In this document: positions 10,033 to 19,439 of the stretch, in pieces
Numbering within the stretch: the stretch's first letter is position 1
How the letters are laid out: every line of letters starts with the position of its first letter
From: Smithellaceae bacterium
Lineage (GTDB): Bacteria > Desulfobacterota > Syntrophia > Syntrophales > Smithellaceae
Direction: 5' to 3'
Assembly: GCA_963667845.2 (NCBI GenBank)
Contig: CAXXVL010000001.1
Span: 768,001-832,000, forward strand
DNA: 64,000 nt
Made by a program: the position numbers and the translations under genes
The notes under the pieces: model-generated
The model's database searches: none
Told to the model about the DNA's origin: nothing
Seen by the model: only the letters and a program-made list of their open reading frames with translations

Positions 10033-10065
10033 GTTTCGGGCACAGCAAATATCGTCTGAACAATC

Positions 10066-10500
10066 CTATCCGACTTTGGGTGCTTTGGGCGGACTGACGA
10101 GCCCCTCGCCGTGAAGCACGGTAACGCCGTCCTGATTCACGCACGTGGTTTTCATACGGACGCGGTTTTTTTCGACATTCAGTTCCAGAATTTCGACGCG
10201 CGCCGTGATGGTGTCGCCGATGTGCACCGGTGCAAGAAAACTCAAGTCTTGCTTCAGGTAAATGGTTCCGGGGCCGGGCAGCTGATTGGCGATAATGGCG
10301 GAGATGAAACCCGCCGTCAGCATCCCGTGAGCAATGCGGGTTTTGAAAAATGTGTTCTTTGCATAAGCCTCATTAACATGGGCGGGATTGAAATCGCCGG
10401 TGATGCCCGCGTATAAATAGATATCCGTTTCCGTCACGGTCTTGGCAAATTCCGCCGCGTCTCCGACTTGAAGCCGGTCGATACTTTTCCCAGTGATCAT
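10066..10500 (-). CDS. phaJ: (R)-specific enoyl-CoA hydratase, MaoC family
   Basis: GDFNPAH hydratase-2 motif, RIAHGML, PGPGTIY; located in a pha cluster. Confidence 0.88.
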   Translation of the reverse strand: MITGKSIDRLQVGDAAEFAKTVTETDIYLYAGITGDFNPAHVNEAYAKNTFFKTRIAHGMLTAGFISAIIANQLPGPGTIYLKQDLSFLAPVHIGDTITARVEILELNVEKNRVRMKTTCVNQDGVTVLHGEGLVSPPKAPKVG

Positions 10501-10529
10501 TGATGATGTACCTCCTTAAAAGAATATAT

Positions 10530-10674
10530 GCTATTTCATTAAATTAAAGATGATATCGTGGCGGCTAGGAGGAGGCGACGAGGCGTATCTTGCATACGTT
10601 GAGGAAGCCTACGACCCCCTCGGCAGGGGGCACGCGACGCCAACAAAGATAGCGCTTTAATTTAGTGAAATAGC
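10530..10674. mobile_element. MITE-like element with 20-bp terminal inverted repeats
   Basis: GCTATTTCATTAAATTAAAG ... CTTTAATTTAGTGAAATAGC (1 mismatch) around a GC-rich core with internal hairpins. Confidence 0.6.
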
Positions 10675-11750
10675 TAGAACCAGCTTTTATGACTCCAAAT
10701 ATTCTCCTTCAAATCCTTAATATCGTCCTGCATGACCAGATACATGCACGCGTTCGCGATGGCCAGTCCGCCCTGGTAGGCCAGAGCCGTTACCAGCAGG
10801 ATTTCATCCTCCGCGAATTCCCGCTGCCGTCCGCTGTATACAATGAGGACGCCGATGACCTCCTCCTTGGATTTAACGGGAACATACAGCATGGAGACGA
10901 TGCCTTCTTCTTTCTTTTCTTTCTTGTACTGGATACCCGTGTCAGTGAGGACGTTTTTAATGCTGACGGTTTTGCCTTTCAGAGCTTCAGCCATGTTCTT
11001 GTCTGCCAGGATCGGTCCTTTATTCAGGTATTTTTCGCTCAAGCCGAAACACGCCACCCGTTTCAGTGTGCGTTTGTCCTCATCCAGCAATTGGACTGCT
11101 GCCGCTTTGAGGCGCAGCGATTTTACCAGATCCTGAGTCATCGCCTGCAGGATAGTCTTGACATCGAGGCTCTCCGAGATGCTGGCGGCGAGTTTCAGGA
11201 AAATACGGGATTGGTTGCGCAGTCGCTGAATCAGAAGAGCGTTTTCAATCTGCGAACCGCCGTGCTCAGCCAGGATGGAGAGAAAATTGATTTCATCTTT
11301 GGTAAACTTGCGGATGTCTTTGGTGTAAAGGCTCAGGATGCCCAGCATTCTGCCCTTGTCCAGGACCGGTACGGACAGAATCGATCCGATCCCTTCCGCT
11401 TTTTTTGCCTCCCGGTTCATCAGGCGCTTGTCGGCTGTGGCGTCGCGGAAATACATGTAGCCGTCCTCCAGCAGTTGCGGGCTGATTTTGACGGCGTGGG
11501 CGGGTCCGGCGTGGATGTATTTATCGGAAAGCCCGACCTGGACGACCGCCGCGTTGCTGATGGAGTCCTCCGAATTTTCATCCATGAGGAAGATGACGGC
11601 TGCCTTGGCCTTCAGGGTTTTCACCGCCGTGGACACCAGCAGGTGCCCCATTTGGAGATGGTCATCCGTTGCAGCCATATCCCGGCTCAGTTTGCTCAAA
11701 GCTCGAAAATAACTTTCTTCAGTTGACATGTTCTTCTCTCCCCCTGTCAT
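10674..11750 (-). CDS. Stand-alone tandem GAF-domain protein
   Basis: Two repeats of GLS.KY...GP...AKKEGI.S.L.VP...G.L..Y....R.F...EI; no output domain; ATGA overlap with phaC. Confidence 0.85.
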   Translation of the reverse strand: MTGGEKNMSTEESYFRALSKLSRDMAATDDHLQMGHLLVSTAVKTLKAKAAVIFLMDENSEDSISNAAVVQVGLSDKYIHAGPAHAVKISPQLLEDGYMYFRDATADKRLMNREAKKAEGIGSILSVPVLDKGRMLGILSLYTKDIRKFTKDEINFLSILAEHGGSQIENALLIQRLRNQSRIFLKLAASISESLDVKTILQAMTQDLVKSLRLKAAAVQLLDEDKRTLKRVACFGLSEKYLNKGPILADKNMAEALKGKTVSIKNVLTDTGIQYKKEKKEEGIVSMLYVPVKSKEEVIGVLIVYSGRQREFAEDEILLVTALAYQGGLAIANACMYLVMQDDIKDLKENIWSHKSWF

Positions 11751-13054
11751 ATGGCATCAGCAATTCTCTGGATCAGCGACATCTTTTTTTTACCGGAAGG
11801 CGCCCGATGGGTTGTTTTCCGTGCACTCGATGCTTTCTTCTTCACCTGTGCCGGTTTTGCCGCACTCTTTTTCTTAATCGTTCGTCTCCCGGGCTTGGCT
11901 TTATCCTTGACCGTCCGCTTTTTTTTGATGGGTATGGACTGCGGCATTGCCGCAGGTACGCCTGTCTCATCTAGGTCCCGTTCTTTGAGCCAGCGCACGA
12001 TCTTGGGGGCGAACTGCCGCTGAAACCGTGAACTGACGTAGATGCCGATATGTCCTGTTTCCAGACAAACATCCTCTACGTCTTTGCTACCCACGGCCTT
12101 CGTCAGCTGATTACAGGCTTCGGGAGGGACTAGATGATCATACTCTCCGAAGAAATTCAAAAGCGGCATCGTCAGCTTTCTCAATTCCACAAGTTTGCCG
12201 TCAAGGAGCATTTTGCTTTGAATCAGCAGATTGTTTTTATAGCAGTCTTCAACAAACTGCCGGAACGTTTCCCCCGGAACGTCGGGACTGTCGAAAATCC
12301 AGCGCTCCATGCGCACGAAGTTTTCCACAAAATCCTTGTTGTCCATATTTTCCATGAAGCCGACGTATTTGTCGATCATCAGACGGGCGGGGTTGAGAAG
12401 AAGAAAACCGAAATTCATCAGATCGCCGGGGATGTTGCCGAACGTGCGGATCATCCGGTCGACGTCAACATCCCGCATCCAGACATGCAAAAGGCCCTTG
12501 TCCGTGTCGAAGCTGGAAGGCGTGACTGTCGTAATCAGGTTCTTGATTTTTTCCGGATGCAGGGCCGCATACATGACGGAGAACGTGCCGCCCATGCAAA
12601 TGCCCATTAGATTGATTTTCGGGACATGGTGTTTTTGGCGGATGAAATCGACGATGTTGTTCATATAGCCGTTGACGTGATCGTCAATGGTCTGGAAGCG
12701 ATCCTTGCGCATGGGATAACCCCAGTCCACCATATACAGATCGATTCCCCCTTCCAGAAATGTTTTCACGACACTGCGGTCCGGCTGGAGGTCCAGCATG
12801 GTTTCCCGGTTGATCAGGGCATAAACCACCAGAAGGGGGACTTTTAATTTATTTTCGGCGTTTTCATTGCGGGTATAATGTTTGACCTTGACCCGGTCCT
12901 CCTGATAAACGATCTCATACGGCGTCCTGGCGAGTTCGCAGTTGAGATCGCCCAGGAGTACGTCGGAAGCCCGTGATGCGCGCTTTTGCGCTTTTTCCGC
13001 ATCCTCAGCCATCCTCTCCAGGATCAGATCAATCGGTATTTTGGTTTCATTCAT
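11747..13054 (-). CDS. phaC: Class III PHA synthase subunit PhaC with Lys/Ala-rich tail
   Basis: PLLVVYALINR..MLDLQPDRS, GICMGG lipase box, YDHLVPP, TGHIG triad; phaE is upstream. Confidence 0.93.
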   Translation of the reverse strand: MNETKIPIDLILERMAEDAEKAQKRASRASDVLLGDLNCELARTPYEIVYQEDRVKVKHYTRNENAENKLKVPLLVVYALINRETMLDLQPDRSVVKTFLEGGIDLYMVDWGYPMRKDRFQTIDDHVNGYMNNIVDFIRQKHHVPKINLMGICMGGTFSVMYAALHPEKIKNLITTVTPSSFDTDKGLLHVWMRDVDVDRMIRTFGNIPGDLMNFGFLLLNPARLMIDKYVGFMENMDNKDFVENFVRMERWIFDSPDVPGETFRQFVEDCYKNNLLIQSKMLLDGKLVELRKLTMPLLNFFGEYDHLVPPEACNQLTKAVGSKDVEDVCLETGHIGIYVSSRFQRQFAPKIVRWLKERDLDETGVPAAMPQSIPIKKKRTVKDKAKPGRRTIKKKSAAKPAQVKKKASSARKTTHRAPSGKKKMSLIQRIADAI

Positions 13055-13108
13055 ACCACTTCTTTCCTTCCAGAAATCCCCGGCCGCCGCGCGCCGGAAA
13101 ACCCGGGC

Positions 13109-14020
13109 TTACTTTGCGGCATTGAGCGCGTTGGGCGAAATGTCGAGGCGCTTTTCCAGTTCCCGCACCCTCTTTTTAAGCAGATGGAATTCCCGATACA
13201 TGTCGTCCATGTCCTGATGCGTGACAATAGGCAGCAGTTGAAGAAAATCGCGCAGGGCTTCATTCTTGGCGATCAGGAAATCCTCCAGTTTGTTGAGTGT
13301 GCGGTGCAGGGCGTCCGTGTATTCCTTGGACTTGAACAGATTCATATAGTGGCCTTCCAGGATCTTCAGCCACATGCCGTAACTTTCTTTTGTATCGCTT
13401 AGCAGGTGGCCTTCCTCCGCCATCTGCTGCATTCTTTCCTGAAGCACTTTGAAGGACTTCTCCATCGGCAGGTAAAGAATAGAGAGGAATTCGGCCAGCG
13501 TTGTTTCAAACAGGTTGTGTTTGTCGAGCATTTCGTTGAACCGCTCCTGATAGAAACGCGTCAGGCCCAGAGGCGGAATTTTCAGGTATTGCCGCAGCTC
13601 TTTTTCGTAGATGTCGGTCAGGGCTTTAAAGACTTCCTGATCCAGATTGTCGAAATTATAGGCCTCGGTGCGCTTGCCGATCTTTCCGGCCTTTTCCATC
13701 AGATGATTTTGGATCTGCATCGCGACATCAAAACCGGATTTGGCCATTTTCAGGAAGATTTCCGGCAGCGCACTTACCGAGTTGGCGGCAGCCGATGCGG
13801 ATTCCGGTTCACTCATCATCCGCGAAAAGGATTTGAGCAGATTCAAATTGGTCTGTAATTGTTCGGTGAAGCGGTTCTGCACGGCCGTTTGCGTCTTCAG
13901 GGTGGTGTCCGGGGCAGGCGGCATGGCTTTGGCCATATTGAGCCACATGTCCGCGGCGGTCTTCATCCACGGGAACATCGACGATTCAGTGAATGGGGAT
14001 TCTTTGTCTTCGTCAGCCAT
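13109..14020 (-). CDS. phaE: Class III PHA synthase subunit PhaE
   Basis: PPLGLTRFYQE, W+..+E..Y..LF.S.EY, LPIVT..DMDDMYREFHLLKKRVREL. Confidence 0.88.
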   Translation of the reverse strand: MADEDKESPFTESSMFPWMKTAADMWLNMAKAMPPAPDTTLKTQTAVQNRFTEQLQTNLNLLKSFSRMMSEPESASAAANSVSALPEIFLKMAKSGFDVAMQIQNHLMEKAGKIGKRTEAYNFDNLDQEVFKALTDIYEKELRQYLKIPPLGLTRFYQERFNEMLDKHNLFETTLAEFLSILYLPMEKSFKVLQERMQQMAEEGHLLSDTKESYGMWLKILEGHYMNLFKSKEYTDALHRTLNKLEDFLIAKNEALRDFLQLLPIVTHQDMDDMYREFHLLKKRVRELEKRLDISPNALNAAK

Positions 14021-14329
14021 GGGTACCTCATTAGTGAACTGCTGCTATTGTAAAAAGTGATTTAATAATTAAACTAGAAATAGCAAACGTTTGGGGTAAA
14101 TTATTTTCTTATTTATGAAGGTCGGGACACGGGGTTACGAGATCGTCAACCATGATCCGATCATAATCATTGCCAGTAAAAACTGGCTTATTTTTTAATA
14201 TACTGGACTCTATTTGTCAATGAGTTTCGCCCGCTTATATAGAAGGAGAAAGTGCGGGCATTTGAAAGATGCGGCCGGCGCAAGATGGCCGGCAGGTTTT
14301 TCAGGGACGGCACAGGCACAGGGGGCAAT

Positions 14330-16123
14330 ATGGTGAAAGAAAAGAAAACCGGGACGGAAAAAATAACGTCGGATGAACTCTTAAATGTGATCGGTGTGTC
14401 ACCTGCCGATAATATCGAGGACATTAACACGGCCCTTGCCTGGAAAAGCAAAATGATCGGTGGGCAGGTCAGAGGCCTTTTCGGCTATCAAAGGATTCTG
14501 GACGGCATCAGCAAGGACATGGCGCTGTTCGGACCATGGGCGATAGCCGCAAGCTGGCAAAGCGCCATGTTGGATACGGTACTGCGACCCATTAAAGCCA
14601 CTGCGCGCATTGCGGTCGGAGCGGGAAGAAATCCGGACGCGATTGCCGATACGAATGGCTGGATTTATAAAAATTATTCCCGATTGCTTTACACTCTGAC
14701 CGGTTTTTTTATTAAGGATGGAATATTTAACCGGGAAAAGGCCGAGCGGATTTGCACGACGCCCGCGGGTAAAGACTATCTGAAAAACTACATGGATGAA
14801 TTCGCACAGTTGGAGCACGCATACAGCAACATCGGCCTGACGCGCCTCAAGGCCATGAAGGAGCTGTTAAAATGTCTGCTGGTGGTCATTACCCAGCAGC
14901 CCTTTGTGGGCGGCTACCTGCCGTTTGCAAAGACCGATCCGGAAGGATCGCCCGCGACCTCTTTCGAGGATTATCTTGCTGAAAACCGCAGGCGCTTCGA
15001 GAATCTGGTGAGCGAAAATGCATTTGACATTAAGGAATATTCCGAAAGAGAGACCGCCGGTAATATCGGCTGTTCAGCATATGAATTTGTCGAAGGTTCA
15101 ACGCTGCACCGCGTCCGGCTGCGCCATTACCCTGTTCCGAAAGGCGTGAAGCGCAACGGGAAGGTCATCTACATGGTGACGCCGCTCATCAACCGGCCGG
15201 AGCTTTTTGACCTGGCGCCCGGCAAGTCCGTGGTGGAGGCGATGCTTAAGGCGGGTTACGATATTTATCTGGTCGATCACGGCGATCCGGGGTGGGAGGA
15301 AACCGAGTTAACGCTTAGCTTCTATGGAAAGATCATTCCCGACCTTTACATTGAAATGATCCACAAGCGGCATCCCGGCGAAGAAATATATATGATGGGC
15401 TACTGCATGGGCGGTACGCTGATCATGCCGTATCTGGCGAGGCGGGCCGAGGAACTGCTTGCGGCGGGGAAATCGATGGACATCAGGAAAATCGCTCTGA
15501 TGGCGTCGCCGGTAAAGTTTGACGATGGTGAAAGCGGACATGCGCCAATTCGCTCGCTCATCCGCCGCGACTACGATCCGTATCTGATGAAAGAACTTTT
15601 CGGTGCCGTCAATATCCCGCCGCAAATCATCGAAGCGGGAATGAATGAAATTCAGCCCGGTGTCCAGTACACGGTCGTTTTGGGTTTCTACGGCCGGGCT
15701 GAATCAAAAGAAGCGATCCGGGAAGCAGCGCCGTTTCTCTATTGGCTGACGCATGGAACAAAATTTCCCATCACCGCGCACATCCAGTGGATTCAAAATA
15801 TATTTATCGGCAACCAGATTTACGAGGGCAAATATTGCCTGCCCTCAGCCAATCCTAAATTTGATGGTAAACCGGTGAATATGAATATCCTGAAAAAAGC
15901 GGGCGTGAGAATTTTTGATTATAAGGGATCAAGGGATCCGATCGCGCCTGCCGGGTCCTGTGTGGCCGGAGAGACGTGGGGGCAGGTGGACAAAGGGAAT
16001 GTCCGTTTCACAGGCTCGCAGCTCAACCGGACGATCGAAAAAAATATCGGGCATATTTTTGTCGTCAGCCGTAAACACCTGGCCGAATACCTGCAACTTG
16101 TCGAGGCCTTTTACAAAGATTAG
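14330..16123 (+). CDS. Second, atypical PHA-synthase-like alpha/beta hydrolase
   Basis: PLINRPELFDLAPGKSVVE, YLVDHG, GYCMGG, SRDPIAP, IGHIF; unusual N-terminus. Start uncertain (14252-14330). Confidence 0.75.
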   Translation: MVKEKKTGTEKITSDELLNVIGVSPADNIEDINTALAWKSKMIGGQVRGLFGYQRILDGISKDMALFGPWAIAASWQSAMLDTVLRPIKATARIAVGAGRNPDAIADTNGWIYKNYSRLLYTLTGFFIKDGIFNREKAERICTTPAGKDYLKNYMDEFAQLEHAYSNIGLTRLKAMKELLKCLLVVITQQPFVGGYLPFAKTDPEGSPATSFEDYLAENRRRFENLVSENAFDIKEYSERETAGNIGCSAYEFVEGSTLHRVRLRHYPVPKGVKRNGKVIYMVTPLINRPELFDLAPGKSVVEAMLKAGYDIYLVDHGDPGWEETELTLSFYGKIIPDLYIEMIHKRHPGEEIYMMGYCMGGTLIMPYLARRAEELLAAGKSMDIRKIALMASPVKFDDGESGHAPIRSLIRRDYDPYLMKELFGAVNIPPQIIEAGMNEIQPGVQYTVVLGFYGRAESKEAIREAAPFLYWLTHGTKFPITAHIQWIQNIFIGNQIYEGKYCLPSANPKFDGKPVNMNILKKAGVRIFDYKGSRDPIAPAGSCVAGETWGQVDKGNVRFTGSQLNRTIEKNIGHIFVVSRKHLAEYLQLVEAFYKD

Positions 16124-16633
16124 ACCCATGAATGCAGGACCCGGTCACGCCGGGGCGTGTCATCGCTCAATGTCCTCGACTGTGGCGCCATGGCTCATTA
16201 CGCCGCAGCCAAAAAACTCACCGTTCGGGCTCAAACAGTTGGCCCTCTGATCTTCACCTTGGCGCTGCAGCGTCTCGGCCATCATTCGCTGAAGTTACGG
16301 GCCGTTGCAATGGCGGATTATACGGAAGGATTTAAGGTGAAAACGGAAATGCTGTAGTCGGTTCGTCAATTGTCAAAAATTCAAGATGCGATTCCGTTGC
16401 AACTGCCTTGCCCGCATTGATCTGTCCTAAAATCACCGAATTCGTGAACTCGCAGAACCGTTCCTTTTATTTCCTGATCTCCATAGAACGATGCAATTCA
16501 CAATATCAAGAATCAGTGCAAAAAAATATTGACAAACAAAATATGATAAGCAAGAGATGCTTGTCCGTTGAACGGATGAAGCAACTCTGCTTTTCGCCCG
16601 GCAGTATGACGGCAGAAGGAATACAAAAATTCA

Positions 16634-17425
16634 ATGTCTCACGAAGGTAAACAATCAAATCTGAAAACACTGTGCAGCGTTACCATACCGGCAAAGTATA
16701 AAGGCCCGCCGGGCATCGCCAACGGCGGATATGTTTGCAGCCTCTTCGCCGAATATATCAAGGGCACGACCGACGTCATGATCAAACTCCCCACACCCCT
16801 TGACCGGGAACTGCAAATCCGCGAAAATGGCGACGGAAGTTTTTATCTGATGGATGGCGATCAGGTGATCATCCAGGCTAAGCCTGGTGTTATCGATCTT
16901 GCCGTACCCGATGCTCCGAGTTATGAAGAAGCCGTCAGGGCCGCCCAGGCGTCTATTGCTCTGAAACCGACGCCTTATCGCCACGTGACGGGGCACGGAA
17001 TTCATCCCATCTGCTTTTGCTGCGGCGCCGATGTGCCTTCCGGGGAAGGTCTTAAGATACACCCCGGCCTTGTTGCCGGCAGGAACATGGTTGCCGCTCC
17101 CTGGACGCCGGCAGCGGAGTATGGCGACGCACAAGGTTATGTCCGGCCCGAATTCATCTGGACGGCCCTCGACTGCCCGGGGGCCTACGCCCTCTGGGAA
17201 CTGACCGATAAGAAACCCGGTTTCTTAGGAAGGCTGGTCAGCCGGATAGAGAGGCCTCTGTGCTCGGGCGAGCCGTGTGTGGTTGCCGCTTGGCCCGTTG
17301 GGAACGATGGCAGGAAATTATACGCCGGAGCCGCCCTGTTTAACTCTAAAGGACAAATCATCGGCCGCACCCTGGCGACGTGGTTTCCCATGCCCGAGGA
17401 ATTAAGCCGCTTCCTGGAGAACTGA
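16634..17425 (+). CDS. Double hotdog-fold (thioesterase-like) protein
   Basis: GPPGIANGGY, CFCCG, WTALDCPGA, GRKLYAG. Confidence 0.75.
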   Translation: MSHEGKQSNLKTLCSVTIPAKYKGPPGIANGGYVCSLFAEYIKGTTDVMIKLPTPLDRELQIRENGDGSFYLMDGDQVIIQAKPGVIDLAVPDAPSYEEAVRAAQASIALKPTPYRHVTGHGIHPICFCCGADVPSGEGLKIHPGLVAGRNMVAAPWTPAAEYGDAQGYVRPEFIWTALDCPGAYALWELTDKKPGFLGRLVSRIERPLCSGEPCVVAAWPVGNDGRKLYAGAALFNSKGQIIGRTLATWFPMPEELSRFLEN

Positions 17426-17509
17426 CGGATGACGGGGCCCTCCTGCATCCAGCCTCCGTCGACGTTTACAATCGCGCGTTCAAGCAGGGCGTTGGGGGGA
17501 ACATAGCAC

Positions 17510-18043
17510 TTAATTATTTTCTTTGCGCTGAAGGTCCAGAAGATCCGGCCAGGGCAGTGTCGGAAATACATTCGTGAGCGGATGGTCGTCATTCACGAAG
17601 TGATGTTCCAGGCGAGCGAAGGTCTTCTCGGCAATTTTTTTGACGACATCAGGATCGACCACATCGTCTTTTGTCCCGTGATAGAGGACCACCGGGATTT
17701 GCAGCTCCCGCTTTACGGTATTTTCAAATCCTTCTATATTCAGCGCAGGAGCAAGCAGAATCAGTTTTCGGACCTGCGGTTCATGATCCAGGGCGAAGCG
17801 CGCCGCCATCAGTCCGCCGTAGCTTGACCCCACGAGAATCAAATTATTTTTGCCGCAAAGAAGGGTGTTCAGTTTAAGCATCCTGGTTTCAAAATTCCCT
17901 GTATAGTCTTCGATGATCATTTGCGGGAATAATTTACGAAAATATTGTCCTTTTGTCCCCTGGGAAGTGCTCTCCAGGCCGTGAATGAAAACAAGCGTAT
18001 ATTTCACTGATTGAACCTCCGGGCATTTCATTGGAATCTTCAA
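17510..18043 (-). CDS. Alpha/beta hydrolase (YqiA/YcfP-like esterase)
   Basis: FIHGLES, GSSYGG nucleophile elbow, HGTKDDVV, DDH. Confidence 0.85.
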   Translation of the reverse strand: MKIPMKCPEVQSVKYTLVFIHGLESTSQGTKGQYFRKLFPQMIIEDYTGNFETRMLKLNTLLCGKNNLILVGSSYGGLMAARFALDHEPQVRKLILLAPALNIEGFENTVKRELQIPVVLYHGTKDDVVDPDVVKKIAEKTFARLEHHFVNDDHPLTNVFPTLPWPDLLDLQRKENN

Positions 18044-18115
18044 TTTGATATTGCCCGGATTATGCCATTGTGTTACACCTTCCGCAACGTTATTTTCAAT
18101 TGAGGAGATTAGATT

Positions 18116-19345
18116 ATGGCTTTGGTATTACCTTTTAGGGCGGTTCGTCCGCAGGCGAATTATGCAGCCGATGTTGCAGCGCTGCCGTACGATGTGATGA
18201 CGCGGGAAGAAGGACAAAAGGCAGTGGCCGGCAAGGCGCTGAGCTTCATGCATGTGGAAAAGTCGGAAATCGATGTGCCGGACGGCACGCGCCCCGATGA
18301 TCCCGTCATTTACGAGACGGCCAAACGCAATCTCGCTAAATTGAGACAGGACGGCATCCTCATGCAGGATGAATCGTCGTGCTACTATGTGTATCGGCAG
18401 CAGATGGGCAAGCAGGTGCAGACCGGAATTGTGGCCGTTATGAGCGCCGCTGAATATGATGAAGGCAAGATCAAGAAGCATGAGCTCACGCGCCAGGATA
18501 AGGAAGATGACCGCATCCGGCACGTGGATACGGTCAATGCACAAACGGGGCCTGTTTTCATCAGTTATCTCTCGCGCCCGGGCATCAACGCGATCGTGGA
18601 AAAGATTGTTGCGGGTAAGCCGGAATATAACTTCACCGCCGAAGACGGTGTGATTCATACCGCCTGGGTGATCAAGGATGCCGCCGAGATCGAATCGCTG
18701 AAGAATGAGTTTGCCAAGGTCGACGCCCTGTATATCGCCGATGGTCATCACCGCGCTGCCGCAGGGGCCACTGTTGCGCGCCGCCGCCGGAAACCGGGTC
18801 AGGTGCAGGAATCGGATCATGTGCTGGCCGTATTTTTTCCGCACAATCAGTTGAAAGTCATGGATTACAACCGCGCCGTGAAGGATCTGCGGGGCCTCAC
18901 CGCCGATCAATTTCTGCAGAAGATCAGTGCGAAATTCACTGTGACGGAAAACTTTGCAGCCAGGTCCCCGCAGCGCCTGCATGATTTCGGCATGTATCTC
19001 GGAGGCCGCTGGTATTGCATCACCATCAAAGAAGGCGCCTACGACGCCAACGATCCGGTCGCAAGTCTCGATGCGGCCATTCTGCAGGATCATCTGCTGG
19101 CGCCCGTTCTGGGCATTGCCGATCCGCGCACGGACGACCGGATAAAATTTATCGGCGGTATCCGCGGAATGGCGGAGCTTGAGAAACTGGTGAACAAAGA
19201 CGGTTATGCCGTGGCGTTTTCCCTTTATGCCACGACGATGGAACAGATCATGAAAGTGGCTGACGCCGGCGCGATCATGCCGCCCAAGTCCACCTGGTTT
19301 GAGCCCAAGCTGCGCAGCGGTTTGTTTGTACATACCCTGGAATAG
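18116..19345 (+). CDS. DUF1015 family protein
   Basis: ALPYDV, IKKHELT, YIADGHHR, MPPKSTWFEPKLRSGL. Confidence 0.92.
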   Translation: MALVLPFRAVRPQANYAADVAALPYDVMTREEGQKAVAGKALSFMHVEKSEIDVPDGTRPDDPVIYETAKRNLAKLRQDGILMQDESSCYYVYRQQMGKQVQTGIVAVMSAAEYDEGKIKKHELTRQDKEDDRIRHVDTVNAQTGPVFISYLSRPGINAIVEKIVAGKPEYNFTAEDGVIHTAWVIKDAAEIESLKNEFAKVDALYIADGHHRAAAGATVARRRRKPGQVQESDHVLAVFFPHNQLKVMDYNRAVKDLRGLTADQFLQKISAKFTVTENFAARSPQRLHDFGMYLGGRWYCITIKEGAYDANDPVASLDAAILQDHLLAPVLGIADPRTDDRIKFIGGIRGMAELEKLVNKDGYAVAFSLYATTMEQIMKVADAGAIMPPKSTWFEPKLRSGLFVHTLE

Positions 19346-19390
19346 TGGATGGTGGATAGTGGATGGTGAATAGTAAATATAAATAGTAAA
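19343..19390 (+). repeat. Degenerate heptamer tandem repeat
   Basis: TAGTGGA TGGTGGA TAGTGGA TGGTGAA TAGTAAA (TATAAA) TAGTAAA, starting at the stop codon. Confidence 0.8.
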
Positions 19391-19439
19391 CGGGTGCAAT
19401 TAGGTATTTCGTGCCCGTAAAAGGAGGATACGAGGAAAT

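Noticed and set aside
14084..14093. CAAACGTTTG palindrome upstream of phaE as a PsrA-type operator
   Set aside because: Only 10 bp and lacks the central spacer of the PsrA consensus; could be chance
16132..16357. 66-67 aa ORFs after the PhaC-like gene
   Set aside because: No SD or recognisable motif; the region looks like degenerate non-coding or repeat DNA
18128..19399. Long antisense ORFs (also 10689-11726, 28981-30291, 48959-50134, 54821-55753, 60460-61749)
   Set aside because: Shadow frames opposite well-supported genes, with no motifs of their own
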